Positions 36,039-46,071 of a stretch of 64,000 nt of DNA are shown here, piece by piece. The notes under the pieces were generated by a model, which searched no databases, was not told the DNA's origin, and worked only from the letters and a program-made list of their open reading frames with translations. Location: positions 30,895 to 94,894 of the forward strand of contig JASKKI010000001.1 of assembly GCA_030154225.1 (NCBI GenBank), read 5' to 3'. Position 1 is the first letter of the stretch, and each line of letters opens with the position of its first letter. Position numbers and translations under genes: made by a program. The DNA comes from Clostridia bacterium. Its GTDB lineage: Bacteria; Bacillota; Peptococcia; Peptococcales; BICA1-8.

Positions 36039-36804
36039 TAGCAGCAGGACATAAACATTGCTGTTTGGTATCCAGATTTTCCAGTGTCTTCATTATTATT
36101 TTCTGCAAATTTTGAGTATTTTGAGCCATGGTTTCTACGACCTCTTGGTGGGTTAAAGGATTTGGTGAAATCCCTGCAGCATAATTAGTAACCATAGCTA
36201 TGGTTGCATAACACATACCCAGCTCTCTGGCTAACACGACCTCAGGTACACTGGTCATACCAACTAAATCCCCACCCCACATTTTGAACATTTTTATTTC
36301 TGCAGGTGTTTCAAAACGGGGTCCTTCGGTACAAACATAAGTTCCCTTACTATGTAATTTGATATCTGGAAAACAGGATTCTAAAATAACTTTGCGTAAT
36401 TGACTACAATAAGGAGCAGTCATGTCTACATGCAGTACTCCTTTTTCTTCTCCTTCATAGAATGTTTGTATTCTTCCCTTGGTAAAATCAATAAATTGAT
36501 CAATAAGTACCAGCTGACCCGGGGCCATCTCTTCATTTAGGGAACCTACAGCAGCTGTAGCAATTACTTTCTTTACTCCCATCTTTTTTAAAGCCATAAT
36601 ATTAGCCCGATAGTTTATCTTATGGGGAGGAACAGAATGTTTAGCACCATGCCTGGCTAAAAAAGCCACATCTTTACCATCAAGCTTTCCTATTTTTATT
36701 CCAACAGTTCCGTATGAAGTTTCTAAAGATACTTCTTTTAAATTACTGAGCATTTTAGGATTATATACACCGGTTCCACCGATTACAGCAAAATCAACCT
36801 GCAT
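36013..36804 (-). CDS. mtnP: S-methyl-5'-thioadenosine (or -thioinosine) phosphorylase
   Basis: MQVDFAVIGGTGVY..FLARHG..H..PPHKINYRANI..GMTSVPEVVLARELGMCYATIAMVTNYAAG. ATG 36804 (GGAGG 9 nt upstream, 11-nt overlap with the ftsY stop) is preferred. The track start at 36933 lies inside ftsY. Confidence 0.9.
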   Translation of the reverse strand: MQVDFAVIGGTGVYNPKMLSNLKEVSLETSYGTVGIKIGKLDGKDVAFLARHGAKHSVPPHKINYRANIMALKKMGVKKVIATAAVGSLNEEMAPGQLVLIDQFIDFTKGRIQTFYEGEEKGVLHVDMTAPYCSQLRKVILESCFPDIKLHSKGTYVCTEGPRFETPAEIKMFKMWGGDLVGMTSVPEVVLARELGMCYATIAMVTNYAAGISPNPLTHQEVVETMAQNTQNLQKIIMKTLENLDTKQQCLCPAANGEAGNFA

Positions 36805-37768
36805 ATTCTTCATCCTCCACTTCTGTAAACAAAGCAGCAACAAAATCCTGTGGTCTAAAAACTTGCAGATCTTCCATTTTTTCGCCCACACCAACAAGTT
36901 TAACAGGCAAATTTTGTTCTGCTTTGATACCAATGACTACTCCACCTTTAGCAGTCCCATCCAATTTAGTCAGAATAACACCTGTAACCCCGGCAGCCTG
37001 TCCAAATGTATTAGCCTGGGCTAAAGCATTTTGCCCGGTAGTAGCATCTAAAACCAGTAAAACTTCTTTTAATGCTCCACTTGCCTCTTTATCAATTATT
37101 CTCCTTATTTTTTTCAATTCTTCCATAAGATTTACCTTGGTATGAAGTCTACCAGCCGTATCAATGATTAAAACATCAATTTTGCGGGCATTTGCTGCCT
37201 GAATGGCATCATAAACAACTGCAGCAGGATCAGCACCTTCTTTATGACTAATAACATCAACTCCGACCCTTTGACCCCAAACTTTCAGCTGATCAATAGC
37301 TGCTGCCCGAAAAGTATCACCTGCACCTAACATCACTCTTTTCCCTTCTGATTTAAGTTTATAGGCGAGCTTACCTATACTTGTGGTTTTGCCAACTCCA
37401 TTTACACCAACTATTAAAATTATATTTAATTCTCCGGGCGTAAGGTTTAAGGCAGATGTTTCTTCACCCATAATATTGATTATTTCCTCAACTATAACCT
37501 GTCTTAACTGTTCTGCTTCTTTAATTTTTTCTGATTTAACCCTTTCCCGTAGGATTTCAACTAGATCGATAGCGGTATTCACCCCAACATCGCCTTGAAT
37601 TAGAACTTCCTCTAACTCTTCGAATAATTCTTCATCTATTTTTTTGCCCGAAAAAACATCGAAAATTTTGTCAATAAAACCTTTACGGGTCTTGGTTAAA
37701 CTATCAGATAATTTTTCCCCACCCAAACTTGTTTTTAAAGATTCCTTTAGTTTTGAAAAAAAACCCAC
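36794..37768 (-). CDS. ftsY: signal recognition particle receptor FtsY
   Basis: (M)GFFSKLKESLK..GVNGVGKTT..DTAGRLH..TKLDGTAKGG. GTG 37768 (GGAG RBS) preferred to 37777. Confidence 0.95.
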   Translation of the reverse strand: MGFFSKLKESLKTSLGGEKLSDSLTKTRKGFIDKIFDVFSGKKIDEELFEELEEVLIQGDVGVNTAIDLVEILRERVKSEKIKEAEQLRQVIVEEIINIMGEETSALNLTPGELNIILIVGVNGVGKTTSIGKLAYKLKSEGKRVMLGAGDTFRAAAIDQLKVWGQRVGVDVISHKEGADPAAVVYDAIQAANARKIDVLIIDTAGRLHTKVNLMEELKKIRRIIDKEASGALKEVLLVLDATTGQNALAQANTFGQAAGVTGVILTKLDGTAKGGVVIGIKAEQNLPVKLVGVGEKMEDLQVFRPQDFVAALFTEVEDEEYAG

Positions 37769-37904
37769 ATTATTCACTCCAATCTTGTTACTAGTTACTA
37801 TTAAGTAAGTACTTATTTATTTAAATGTCTAACTGTTAGGATACTTGAAAAACATAAATAATATGCTTAAAAATATACAATCACTGACTACTAGTCACTT
37901 CTAA

Positions 37905-40900
37905 TTAGACTGCTTCACTTAATTTTACAGAAATCAGTTTAGAAACACCTGTATGTTCTTCTATTGTTACTCCATAAAGAACATCGGCCGCCTCCATTGT
38001 ACCTTTACGGTGAGAGATAATAATAAACTGTGTTTTTTCTACAAAACTCTTTAAAAAATTGGCAAATTTATCTACATTAGCTTCATCTAGGGCAGCTTCT
38101 ATTTCATCAAGGACACAAAAAGGACTGGGTTTCACTTTTAAAATAGCAAATAACAAGGCAATAGCAGTCATGGCCCTCTCCCCACCGGAAAGCAAAGACA
38201 AAGTCTGGGGTTTTTTGCCAGGGGGTTGGGCTATAATTTCAATTCCCGTTTCTAGAAGATTGTCAGCATCAGATAATTTTAAACTAGCACTACCTCCCCC
38301 AAACATTTCCTTAAAAACTAAATTAAAGGCTTCATTTACCTGACTAAATGTTTCCTTAAATTTTTTCATCATTATCTGGTCCATATCTTTTATTACTTTA
38401 AGCAAGGAAGTTTTTGCTTCTTCTAAGTCAGCCAACTGCTTGCTCAAAAATTCTAATCTTTGCTTGACCCGTTCATATTCATTGATGGCAGCAAAATTAA
38501 CTAAACCCAGTTGGGAAATAAAATCTTTTAATTCACTTATTCTTCTAGTAACATTTTTTTTACTTTCTATTTCCAGTCTCAGTTCTAAAGCTTCCTGGAA
38601 GTCACAGCCAAACTGTTCCCTAAGTTTTTCCTGGCTTGAATTAATCTCCATTTGAACTCTAGTTACTTTCATATTATTTTGGTAGATGTCATTTTTTAGT
38701 TGTTCTATTATAAGCTGTTGGGATTTAATCTCTTTTTCTAAAGAACTATGTACCTGGACGAGACCTGCACGTTTTTCTTTTTGCTCTTCTATGTTTCTCT
38801 GCAATTTTTCAAGGTTACCAGTGAACTCTTTTATTTTGTCTTCCGCTTCTTTAATGTTTTCTTCCAATTCCTGCAACCTTGTCTCTAGCTGGCTTATTTC
38901 ATCCAGTAATTTTATTTCTTCCTTTTTTGAAGTATTTAAGCGCTGTTCCAGTTGGGCAAGCTGCTCTTTTTTCATGTCTTTAGCTTGTTTTAAAGTAGCT
39001 ACTGCTATTTTTTTATCATTAAGATCTTCTGTTAAATTTTCTTGGGCTGCTGCAATTTCTTTTAGGTGTTCTTGTAAATCCGTTATTTGCTGTTCGATAT
39101 CTTGATTTTTTATTTGTAGCTTATTTAATTCCCTGGAAAACCTCTCTTTTTCTTTTTCATAAGATTTAATCTGATTTTCAATTTCCCCTTGTTCTAATAA
39201 ATTAATTTCTTTTTCAGTGGAAATACGTTGGATATCCCGTAATACCTGTTCTTTCTTATTATCCATTTCTGCCATATGTAATATTTGTGTTTGGAGTAAA
39301 TCCTTGCAATTATCAATTTTTTCCGTCAATTCCTGTTGTTTTAATTCATTTATCACTAACTTTTGTTTAAAGATACTAATTTCTTCTTCCAACTTAACAA
39401 GCTTTTGGGATAGTTCTTTCAATAATCGTTTTCTGGTGAGTATACCTGTTTTTTGTTTACTATAACTTCCACCTGTTAAAGCCCCTCCCGGAGTAATAAG
39501 TTCACCTTCTAAAGTAACCATCCGCACACTAAATTTCGTTTTCTTACCAAGTTTAACTGCTGTGGCTAAATCTTTTACTACCCAGATGCGACCTAAAAGA
39601 TACTCCATTACTTCTAAATACCGGGGTTCAAAATTGACTAATTCTACAGCTCGGCCTATAACCTGGGTATCATTTAATTGCATATTACTCCTGTTAGCCT
39701 TAATGGTATTGAGAGGTAAAAAGGTGGCTCGCCCTTTTTTCTCAGCTTTTAGAAAATCAATTGCTTTTTGAGCTGCTTCGTCATTATCGGTAATTAAGTA
39801 TTGCAGGGCACCTCCTAAAGCAGTTTCTATGGCTATTTCCAAGTTTTGAGGGACAGAAATCACATCAGCTACTGTTCCCAATACCCCAGTTAAAGCCTTT
39901 GAGTTATTACGAACCATCTCTAAAATCATTTTCACACCCTGCTGGTATCCCTCACCTGTTTCTTCCATCTCCTCAAGCATCTGAAGTCGGGACTTTATTT
40001 GTTGATAGTTAATTTGTTTGGTATCAATATCTTTTTTTAACTTATTATACTCCTGGCTACTTTTTGCCAGGAAGTCTTGTACTTTTTGCAATTCTTCTTC
40101 CGTTTTCTTTTTATTATTTAATAATTTTAATTTTTCGTTTTCTATTAAAGATAATTGCCTTTCGGCTTCTTGTAAATTTATTTTTATATTCTTAATTTTC
40201 TCATCCAACTGCTGATATCTTCTTTGGGAAATATTAATTTCATTTACTAACCTGGTAATTTCATTATTGATATTTGCTTTCTCCTGTAAAGTTTCAATTA
40301 CCTGTGATTTATAATCTTCTAATAAAGAATTATTATCGATTAAATTATTTTTATACTTATCAATAGTTTCCGTTAATTCTTGGACAATATTTACTGCCTC
40401 GTTATATTCCCCTACAAGTTGTTCTAATTCTTGTTGTTTATTTTGGATATTTATATTAAGATTTTTCTTTTCATTCTGCAAGCCTTTTAGGTCTAAATTA
40501 ATCCTGTTAATCTGAGCAATAATACCTTTTTTCCTTTCCTTGAACATTTCTATTTGATGTTCTTGTCGTTCCAATTGGGTATTAACATCATAGTAATTTT
40601 TTTGGAGATCAGATATATACTGGTCCAATTGTTGGTTTTCAAATCTGTAATTTTCAATCTGCGAAGAAAGCTGGTGATACTGAGTATTGGCTTGTGTTAA
40701 TCGGTCCTCCAATTCTTCCAACAACTTATTTAGTTCCTGTTCTTTAGTTTGATTTTCTTCAATAGCATGAACAGCCAAGCTTATTTCCCATTGGTCCAGT
40801 TCCTTTTTCCAGTTCTGATATTGTTTAGCCTTATCAGCTTGTTCCTTAAGTGGACCTAATTGTTCAGTCAATTCTCCAACAATGTCATTAATTCTCAATA

Positions 40901-41462
40901 AACTTTGTTCAGTATCTTCTAGTTTCCTTTCTGCTTCCCGTTTACGATAACGGTATTTAACAATACCAGCTGCCTCTTCAATTAAATTTCTTCTATCTTC
41001 CGCTTTTAAAGATAAAACTTCATCAATTTTACCTTGACCAATAACGGAAAAACCTTCTTTACCTACTCCTGTATCCATAAACAATTGATGGATATCTTTC
41101 ATCCGGCAGGGTACTTTATTAATTAAATATTCACTTTCACCGGAACGGTATAATCTTCTAGAAACAGTTACTTCATTATAGTCTAATGGAAAAATACCTG
41201 AAGAATTATCTAAAGTTAAGGAAACCTGTGCCATTCCAACGGGGCGTCTATTACTGCTACCAGAAAAAATGATATCATCCATCCGCATACCCCTTAAAGT
41301 TTTGGCACTTTGCTCACCTAAAACCCAGCGAATGGCATCCACAACATTAGACTTACCACTACCATTAGGACCTACCACTACAGTAATACCCGAATTAAAT
41401 TCTAACTCTACTTTATCTGCAAAGGATTTAAATCCTTGAATTTCTAGACGTTTTAAATACAA
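37905..41462 (-). CDS. smc: chromosome segregation protein SMC
   Basis: (M)YLKRLEIQGFKSF..GPNGSGKSN (Walker A), long coiled coils, a hinge, LSLLSGGERAMTAIALLFA (signature) and FCVLDEIEAALD (Walker B). TTG 41462 after GGGGGTGGG is preferred to 41480. Confidence 0.95.
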   Translation of the reverse strand: MYLKRLEIQGFKSFADKVELEFNSGITVVVGPNGSGKSNVVDAIRWVLGEQSAKTLRGMRMDDIIFSGSSNRRPVGMAQVSLTLDNSSGIFPLDYNEVTVSRRLYRSGESEYLINKVPCRMKDIHQLFMDTGVGKEGFSVIGQGKIDEVLSLKAEDRRNLIEEAAGIVKYRYRKREAERKLEDTEQSLLRINDIVGELTEQLGPLKEQADKAKQYQNWKKELDQWEISLAVHAIEENQTKEQELNKLLEELEDRLTQANTQYHQLSSQIENYRFENQQLDQYISDLQKNYYDVNTQLERQEHQIEMFKERKKGIIAQINRINLDLKGLQNEKKNLNINIQNKQQELEQLVGEYNEAVNIVQELTETIDKYKNNLIDNNSLLEDYKSQVIETLQEKANINNEITRLVNEINISQRRYQQLDEKIKNIKINLQEAERQLSLIENEKLKLLNNKKKTEEELQKVQDFLAKSSQEYNKLKKDIDTKQINYQQIKSRLQMLEEMEETGEGYQQGVKMILEMVRNNSKALTGVLGTVADVISVPQNLEIAIETALGGALQYLITDNDEAAQKAIDFLKAEKKGRATFLPLNTIKANRSNMQLNDTQVIGRAVELVNFEPRYLEVMEYLLGRIWVVKDLATAVKLGKKTKFSVRMVTLEGELITPGGALTGGSYSKQKTGILTRKRLLKELSQKLVKLEEEISIFKQKLVINELKQQELTEKIDNCKDLLQTQILHMAEMDNKKEQVLRDIQRISTEKEINLLEQGEIENQIKSYEKEKERFSRELNKLQIKNQDIEQQITDLQEHLKEIAAAQENLTEDLNDKKIAVATLKQAKDMKKEQLAQLEQRLNTSKKEEIKLLDEISQLETRLQELEENIKEAEDKIKEFTGNLEKLQRNIEEQKEKRAGLVQVHSSLEKEIKSQQLIIEQLKNDIYQNNMKVTRVQMEINSSQEKLREQFGCDFQEALELRLEIESKKNVTRRISELKDFISQLGLVNFAAINEYERVKQRLEFLSKQLADLEEAKTSLLKVIKDMDQIMMKKFKETFSQVNEAFNLVFKEMFGGGSASLKLSDADNLLETGIEIIAQPPGKKPQTLSLLSGGERAMTAIALLFAILKVKPSPFCVLDEIEAALDEANVDKFANFLKSFVEKTQFIIISHRKGTMEAADVLYGVTIEEHTGVSKLISVKLSEAV

Positions 41463-41486
41463 ATACCCACCCCCATACAAACAGTG

Positions 41487-41514
41487 TGATTAGTAGCTAA
41501 TGATTAGTAGCTAG
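41487..41514. repeat. tandem 14-bp duplication just upstream of the smc RBS
   Basis: TGATTAGTAGCTAA followed by TGATTAGTAGCTAG (13/14). On the minus strand each unit carries TACTAAT (-10-like) and a TAGCTA palindrome. Confidence 0.6.
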
Positions 41515-41549
41515 CTTTAAATATTTTCTAAATACCTGTTTACATAGCA

Positions 41550-42635
41550 CTATTTAATTCGATATTTCTCCAAAAACTCCCTTCTGGTAAAAACGTTTAA
41601 GGAATTACCGGTACCTGTTAGCCAGGCTATTGAGCCTGAATTTAAATCTTTTTTAGGTAATACTTCCAATACCAGCTTAAACTTTTCTCTAAAGTATTTA
41701 AGATTAGCCTGTTTTTGACCTTTTACCTGGGAAATATCTTTGTAATAGCAAAATACTACAAGATGATTGTCCACTACATTTGTATCTGTATTTGTTAGCA
41801 AGTACTCTATTTGTTTACGATAAATTCTAGATTTAACTAGCTCACCAAATGCAGGGTGATAAGGACCAGCAACCAAATCTCGACCAGGTTGTAAATTTTC
41901 CGCAGCTTGCAAGCCTAATCGTATTACCGGAATACCTGTCTGGGAAAACAAAATAACCATTTCAGAAGTAATTTCTATTGCCTTTTCCAGGGTCCATGGT
42001 ACAAAGTTTCCTTTTGCTAACCATTCTGCTAATAGTGTCTCTTTAATAACAACCGTTGGGTAAATTCTAATAAAATCAGGTTTTAAACTGATTACTTTCT
42101 CCGTTGTGGCCAGAACTTTTTCCCTTGTGTCTCCCGGTAATCCTGGCATGAGTTGAATCCCTACTTTTTTATTTATTTTTTTTAACTGTTTAACCGCTTC
42201 TATAACATCATGTTCCGAATGTCCCCTCTGGCTTCTATTTAAAACATCCCGATGGAGAGATTGAACCCCAAGTTCAATAGTATCTACACCAAATTTTTTC
42301 AAACGTTCTATTACCCTTTTATTAATATAATCAGGCCTAGTAGATATTCTAATTCCGTGGATAATATTTGCCTTTTTTAAATTTGATGCCACTTCCAGAA
42401 GCTCGTCCTGAATTTCTTCCTCAATTCCGGTAAAACTACCTCCATAAAAAGCCACCTCTATATATGCCTCTTTCACATTTTTAAAAGTTTGTAAACAAGA
42501 AAAAACTTTTTGCTTTATAAAATTAGCAGTTGGTTTTTCATAACATCCTGCAATCTTTTTTTGGTTACAAAACACACAGGTATGGGGACAACCCATATGG
42601 GGAATAAAAATAGGAATAATTAAATTTTTATTCAC
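41550..42635 (-). CDS. radical SAM protein, ELP3-like catalytic domain without acetyltransferase domain
   Basis: 361-aa ORF MNKNLIIPIFIPHMGCPHTCVFCNQKKIAG.. (CxxxCxxC cluster motif). 8-nt overlap with the rnc stop. Confidence 0.8.
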   Translation of the reverse strand: MNKNLIIPIFIPHMGCPHTCVFCNQKKIAGCYEKPTANFIKQKVFSCLQTFKNVKEAYIEVAFYGGSFTGIEEEIQDELLEVASNLKKANIIHGIRISTRPDYINKRVIERLKKFGVDTIELGVQSLHRDVLNRSQRGHSEHDVIEAVKQLKKINKKVGIQLMPGLPGDTREKVLATTEKVISLKPDFIRIYPTVVIKETLLAEWLAKGNFVPWTLEKAIEITSEMVILFSQTGIPVIRLGLQAAENLQPGRDLVAGPYHPAFGELVKSRIYRKQIEYLLTNTDTNVVDNHLVVFCYYKDISQVKGQKQANLKYFREKFKLVLEVLPKKDLNSGSIAWLTGTGNSLNVFTRREFLEKYRIK

Positions 42636-43341
42636 TTATTTCACCCATTTTAACTAATGCTCGGTGAGCAGCATTCTGCTCCGCTTCCTTTTTGGTACGT
42701 CCTCTTCCTTGAGAGACAAGTTTACCATCCTGGAATATACCGGCAACAAATTCTTTTTCATGATCAGGACCACTTTCAGAAATAATCTGGTACTCAATAA
42801 CATTGTCAGGTTGCTTTTGAACTAATTCTTGAAATTGGGTTTTATAGTCACCATAATTCCCGTTAATAACCTTTTCAATTTCCGGTTTTAAGTATTTTAA
42901 AGTAAACTCTCGGATAGCCTCCAGGCCTAATTCAATATATAAAGCACCTACTACCGCTTCCCAGGCATCGGCAAGGTTTGAAGGCCTTTGGGCTCCTCCA
43001 CCTATTTTTTCACCTTTGCCCATTAATAAATACTGGCCAATTCCCAAACGGTTAGCTGCTTTAGCTAGACTACTTTCACAGACCACCGCTGCTCGCATTT
43101 TAGTTAATTCACCTTCAGTTTTTTCTGGAAATAAATGATATAAATAATCTCCAACTATTAACCCTACTACAGCATCTCCCAAAAACTCTAACCTTTGATT
43201 GTGGTTTCCGGCCTGGGGACCCTTTTCAAAAACGTAAGAAGGATGGGTTAAAGCGGTATTCAACAGATCATATTTATCCAATTTTAATCCTATTTTAGTT
43301 AATAATTTACTTAATTGGTTTATTCTCTGTGCGTTTAACAC
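42628..43341 (-). CDS. rnc: ribonuclease III
   Basis: 237-aa ORF with signature NQRLEFLGDAV and a C-terminal dsRBD (..GPDHEKEF..GRGRTKKEAEQNAA..). GTG start with GGAGGTGA RBS. Confidence 0.94.
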   Translation of the reverse strand: MLNAQRINQLSKLLTKIGLKLDKYDLLNTALTHPSYVFEKGPQAGNHNQRLEFLGDAVVGLIVGDYLYHLFPEKTEGELTKMRAAVVCESSLAKAANRLGIGQYLLMGKGEKIGGGAQRPSNLADAWEAVVGALYIELGLEAIREFTLKYLKPEIEKVINGNYGDYKTQFQELVQKQPDNVIEYQIISESGPDHEKEFVAGIFQDGKLVSQGRGRTKKEAEQNAAHRALVKMGEISE

Positions 43342-43470
43342 TATAATTCACCTCCATGACAAATATATTTTACACATTACCTGGTTAGCAGGCAAATACT
43401 AAAATGGCCGTAGACGATTTTAGTAGGTTTCGCTAGTTTAATATAACCTTAATCTTACTCTATAATTAAT

Positions 43471-43505
43471 AAAATTAGGTTAGCTTTATAGCTAACCTAA
43501 TTTTA
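43471..43505. terminator. strong (bidirectional-looking) terminator after fabF
   Basis: AAAATTAGGTTAGCT-TTAT-AGCTAACCTAATTTT, a perfect 15-bp stem 5 nt after the fabF stop. Confidence 0.8.
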
Positions 43506-43509
43506 TTAA

Positions 43510-44754
43510 TTAACCAGTATATTTACCTAAAACAACGGTAGCATTATGGCCACCAAAGCCTAAAGAATTAGATAGTGCAAATTGAATATCTTTTTCCCTT
43601 TTTACATTAGGTACATAATCCAAATCACATTCGGGATCGGGGTTTTCATAATTAATAGTCGGTGGTATTTGCCCGTATTTGATAGCTAAAGCGGTAGCAG
43701 TTAACTCCAGAGCACCTGCTGCTCCTAATAGATGCCCGGTCATAGATTTAGTAGAGCTAACTAAAACATTTTTACTGGCTGCGCCAAAAACCCTTTTTAT
43801 AGCCAAAGTTTCAAATTTATCATTAAGTTCTGTCGAAGTTCCATGAGCATTGATGTAATCTATTTGTTCCGGTTTTAATCCTGCATCCTTAATGGCCATG
43901 GTCATAGCCCTGGCCGCCCCTTCTCCTTCTGGAGCAGGAGCAGTAATGTGGTGAGCATCTGCAGTAGAACCATAACCTAAAACCTCAGCATAGATTGTAG
44001 CATTTCTCCTTTTAGCATGTTCTAAATCTTCAAGTACCAAGATGGCTGAACCTTCGCCCATAACAAAGCCATCTCTATCCTTATCAAATGGTCTGCTAGC
44101 CCGTGCCGGTTCATCATTACGGGTAGACAAGGCTTTCATTGAGCAGAAGCCTGCAAAAGTTAAAGGTGTAATAGAAGCTTCCGTTCCACCGGAAATAACG
44201 ATATCGGCATCACCCCTTTGAATCAACTTAAAAGCATCACCAACAGCGTTAGTTCCCGATGCACAAGCACTTACTACTGTAATGTTTGGTCCTTTGGCCC
44301 CTAAATGAATAGATATTTGCCCGGCAGCCATGTTAACTATCATCATAGGTACCATAAAAGGACTGACTCGATTAGGTCCTTTATTAATTAAAACCCTGCA
44401 CTGGTCTTCAAAGGTTTCCATACCACCTATCCCAGAACCTAAAATAACACCCACGCGATTTAAATCTACCTGTTCTAAATCTAAACCACTATCTTCTATA
44501 GCCATTTTGGCAGCAGATACCGCATATTGGGTAAATAAATCCATGCGCCGCGCTTCTTTTTTATCAATATATTTTTCAACTTGAAAATCTTTTACTTCAC
44601 CTGCAATTTTTGTGGACATTTCACCGGCATCAAACCTGGTAATAGGACCGATACCAGATATTCCTTCTAACAAGTTTGACCAGAATTTTTCAATACCTGT
44701 TCCAACAGGTGAAATTATACCTAAACCTGTAACAACTACTCTTTTTTTCAACAT
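43510..44754 (-). CDS. fabF: 3-oxoacyl-ACP synthase II
   Basis: 414-aa ORF with active-site ACASGT, HGTST and GFGGHN motifs. Confidence 0.95.
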   Translation of the reverse strand: MLKKRVVVTGLGIISPVGTGIEKFWSNLLEGISGIGPITRFDAGEMSTKIAGEVKDFQVEKYIDKKEARRMDLFTQYAVSAAKMAIEDSGLDLEQVDLNRVGVILGSGIGGMETFEDQCRVLINKGPNRVSPFMVPMMIVNMAAGQISIHLGAKGPNITVVSACASGTNAVGDAFKLIQRGDADIVISGGTEASITPLTFAGFCSMKALSTRNDEPARASRPFDKDRDGFVMGEGSAILVLEDLEHAKRRNATIYAEVLGYGSTADAHHITAPAPEGEGAARAMTMAIKDAGLKPEQIDYINAHGTSTELNDKFETLAIKRVFGAASKNVLVSSTKSMTGHLLGAAGALELTATALAIKYGQIPPTINYENPDPECDLDYVPNVKREKDIQFALSNSLGFGGHNATVVLGKYTG

Positions 44755-44788
44755 ATAAACACCCTCTCTAATAATAAGTTAAATCATT

Positions 44789-45733
44789 TTATAACTTTTC
44801 ATAATCCTCCACTAGCTTACGAATAATTTCACCCGCCGGTAAAATGTCTGTAATTTTGTCTATATACTCACCCGAAAAGATTAAACCATTTTTTAAATTA
44901 CCCTGTTGGGCATTGACTAAAGCATCCATAATGCAAAAATTTTGTTTGCATTTTTTTAAACAACCCACACAGCTTTCAGGAGTCAAATCATGTTCTGTAT
45001 TAATTTTTTCACTAAATTCATTCCTAATGGCTCTTCCCCGTAGTCCAACAGGACTATCGATTAAAACTATATCTTCTTGCTTAGCCTTTATATATACTTC
45101 TTTTAGATTGGGCGCTGCATTAGATTCTACAGAAGCAGCAAATCTAATACCCATTTGTACTCCGTCGGCACCTAACTGAAAAGCTTCCTTCATATCTAAA
45201 GCATCAATTATTCCACCAGCGGCAATTACAGGAATAGATATCGCTTGTTTTACTAATGGTAAAATTTTACGGATTGACTCAAGGGTACCTAAATGTCCAC
45301 CTGCCTCTTTACCTTCAACTACAACGGCAGAAGCTCCCAAACTCTCGGATACCCTGGCCAGTTTGGGTGTTGAAACTATAGGTACTAAAGGAGTATGAGC
45401 CTCACTACTCCATTTAAAAATATCCCTGGAAAAACCAGCTCCCTGGACAATCAGATCAATACCTTCCTCTAAGGCAGCATAAACTAACTGGGTAAATTTA
45501 GAAACAGCAAACATAATATTAATGCCAATAATACCTCGAAAGTTTTCCCTAGCCCACCTGATTTCTTGTTTAAGCTCTTCTACATCCATTCCACTGGCAG
45601 CTATTAAACCAATACCTCCGGCATTAGCAACAGCGGCAGCTAAAGGAGCAGTAGAAATTCTAACAGCCATGCCACCTTGGATGATAGGGTATTTAGGTTT
45701 TAAGTTACCAATTCGCAATTCAGGTAATTTCAA
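44789..45733 (-). CDS. FabK/nitronate-monooxygenase-family FMN oxidoreductase, second paralogue with a C-terminal Cys cluster
   Basis: ..KYPIIQGGMAVRIS..GAGFSRD..IPVIAAGGI..GADGVQMGIRF.. plus CVGCLKKCKQNFC near the C-terminus. TTG 45733 (GGAGGAG 6 nt upstream) preferred to 45748. Confidence 0.7.
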   Translation of the reverse strand: MKLPELRIGNLKPKYPIIQGGMAVRISTAPLAAAVANAGGIGLIAASGMDVEELKQEIRWARENFRGIIGINIMFAVSKFTQLVYAALEEGIDLIVQGAGFSRDIFKWSSEAHTPLVPIVSTPKLARVSESLGASAVVVEGKEAGGHLGTLESIRKILPLVKQAISIPVIAAGGIIDALDMKEAFQLGADGVQMGIRFAASVESNAAPNLKEVYIKAKQEDIVLIDSPVGLRGRAIRNEFSEKINTEHDLTPESCVGCLKKCKQNFCIMDALVNAQQGNLKNGLIFSGEYIDKITDILPAGEIIRKLVEDYEKL

Positions 45734-45763
45734 CTGGAACTCCTCCAATAAATCTATTTGAAG

Positions 45764-45792
45764 AAAAGTCCCGCAGCCAATACGGGACTTTT
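45764..45792 (-). terminator. hairpin/attenuator after acpP
   Basis: Minus strand AAAAGUCCCG-UAUUGGCUG-CGGGACUUUU followed by CUUC, ~10 nt after the acpP stop. Confidence 0.55.
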
Positions 45793-45801
45793 TTACCTAG
45801 C

Positions 45802-46032
45802 TTATTGTACTTTAGCTTTGATATATTCTACAGCCGCTCCTATACTTCTAATTTTTTCAGCATCTTCATCAGGAATTTCAATATCAAATTCCTCTTCTAA
45901 TGCCATAACTAATTCAACTACATCAAGGGAATCAGCATTTAGATCTTCAAAGCTAGTTTCCAAAGTCACCTCATCGGCATCAACGCCTAATTGGTCAACA
46001 ACTATAGATTTTACTTTTTCAAAAATATCCAT
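45802..46032 (-). CDS. acpP: acyl carrier protein
   Basis: [49 protein letters not shown] (DSL phosphopantetheine site). ATG 46032 after GGAGGTG is preferred to 46053. Confidence 0.96.
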   Translation of the reverse strand: MDIFEKVKSIVVDQLGVDADEVTLETSFEDLNADSLDVVELVMALEEEFDIEIPDEDAEKIRSIGAAVEYIKAKVQ

Positions 46033-46071
46033 GCTCTTCACCTCCTTCCACAAATTCTATTTATAATAATC

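Noticed and set aside
38059-40215. Series of plus-strand ORFs (up to 139 aa) antisense to smc
   Set aside because: These are low-complexity Ser/Phe/Cys/Leu strings produced by reading the Glu/Lys/Leu-rich coiled-coil codons backwards. There are no RBSs and all lie within smc.
37905-41462. Possible tandem or CRISPR-like repeats suggested by the repetitive look of the smc coiled-coil DNA
   Set aside because: The periodicity is codon-level (GAA/AAA/TTA-rich heptads), not exact DNA repeats with unique spacers. No direct repeats of 24-40 bp are found anywhere in the window.
43399-43423. Hairpin CUAAAAU-N11-AUUUUAG in the rnc leader, considered as an RNase III autoregulatory target
   Set aside because: It is only a 7-bp AU stem, far shorter than typical RNase III substrates. 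There is no supporting evidence in the sequence alone.
45758-46066. 102-aa plus-strand ORF covering acpP
   Set aside because: It is antisense to acpP, whose DSLD site and RBS are unambiguous.
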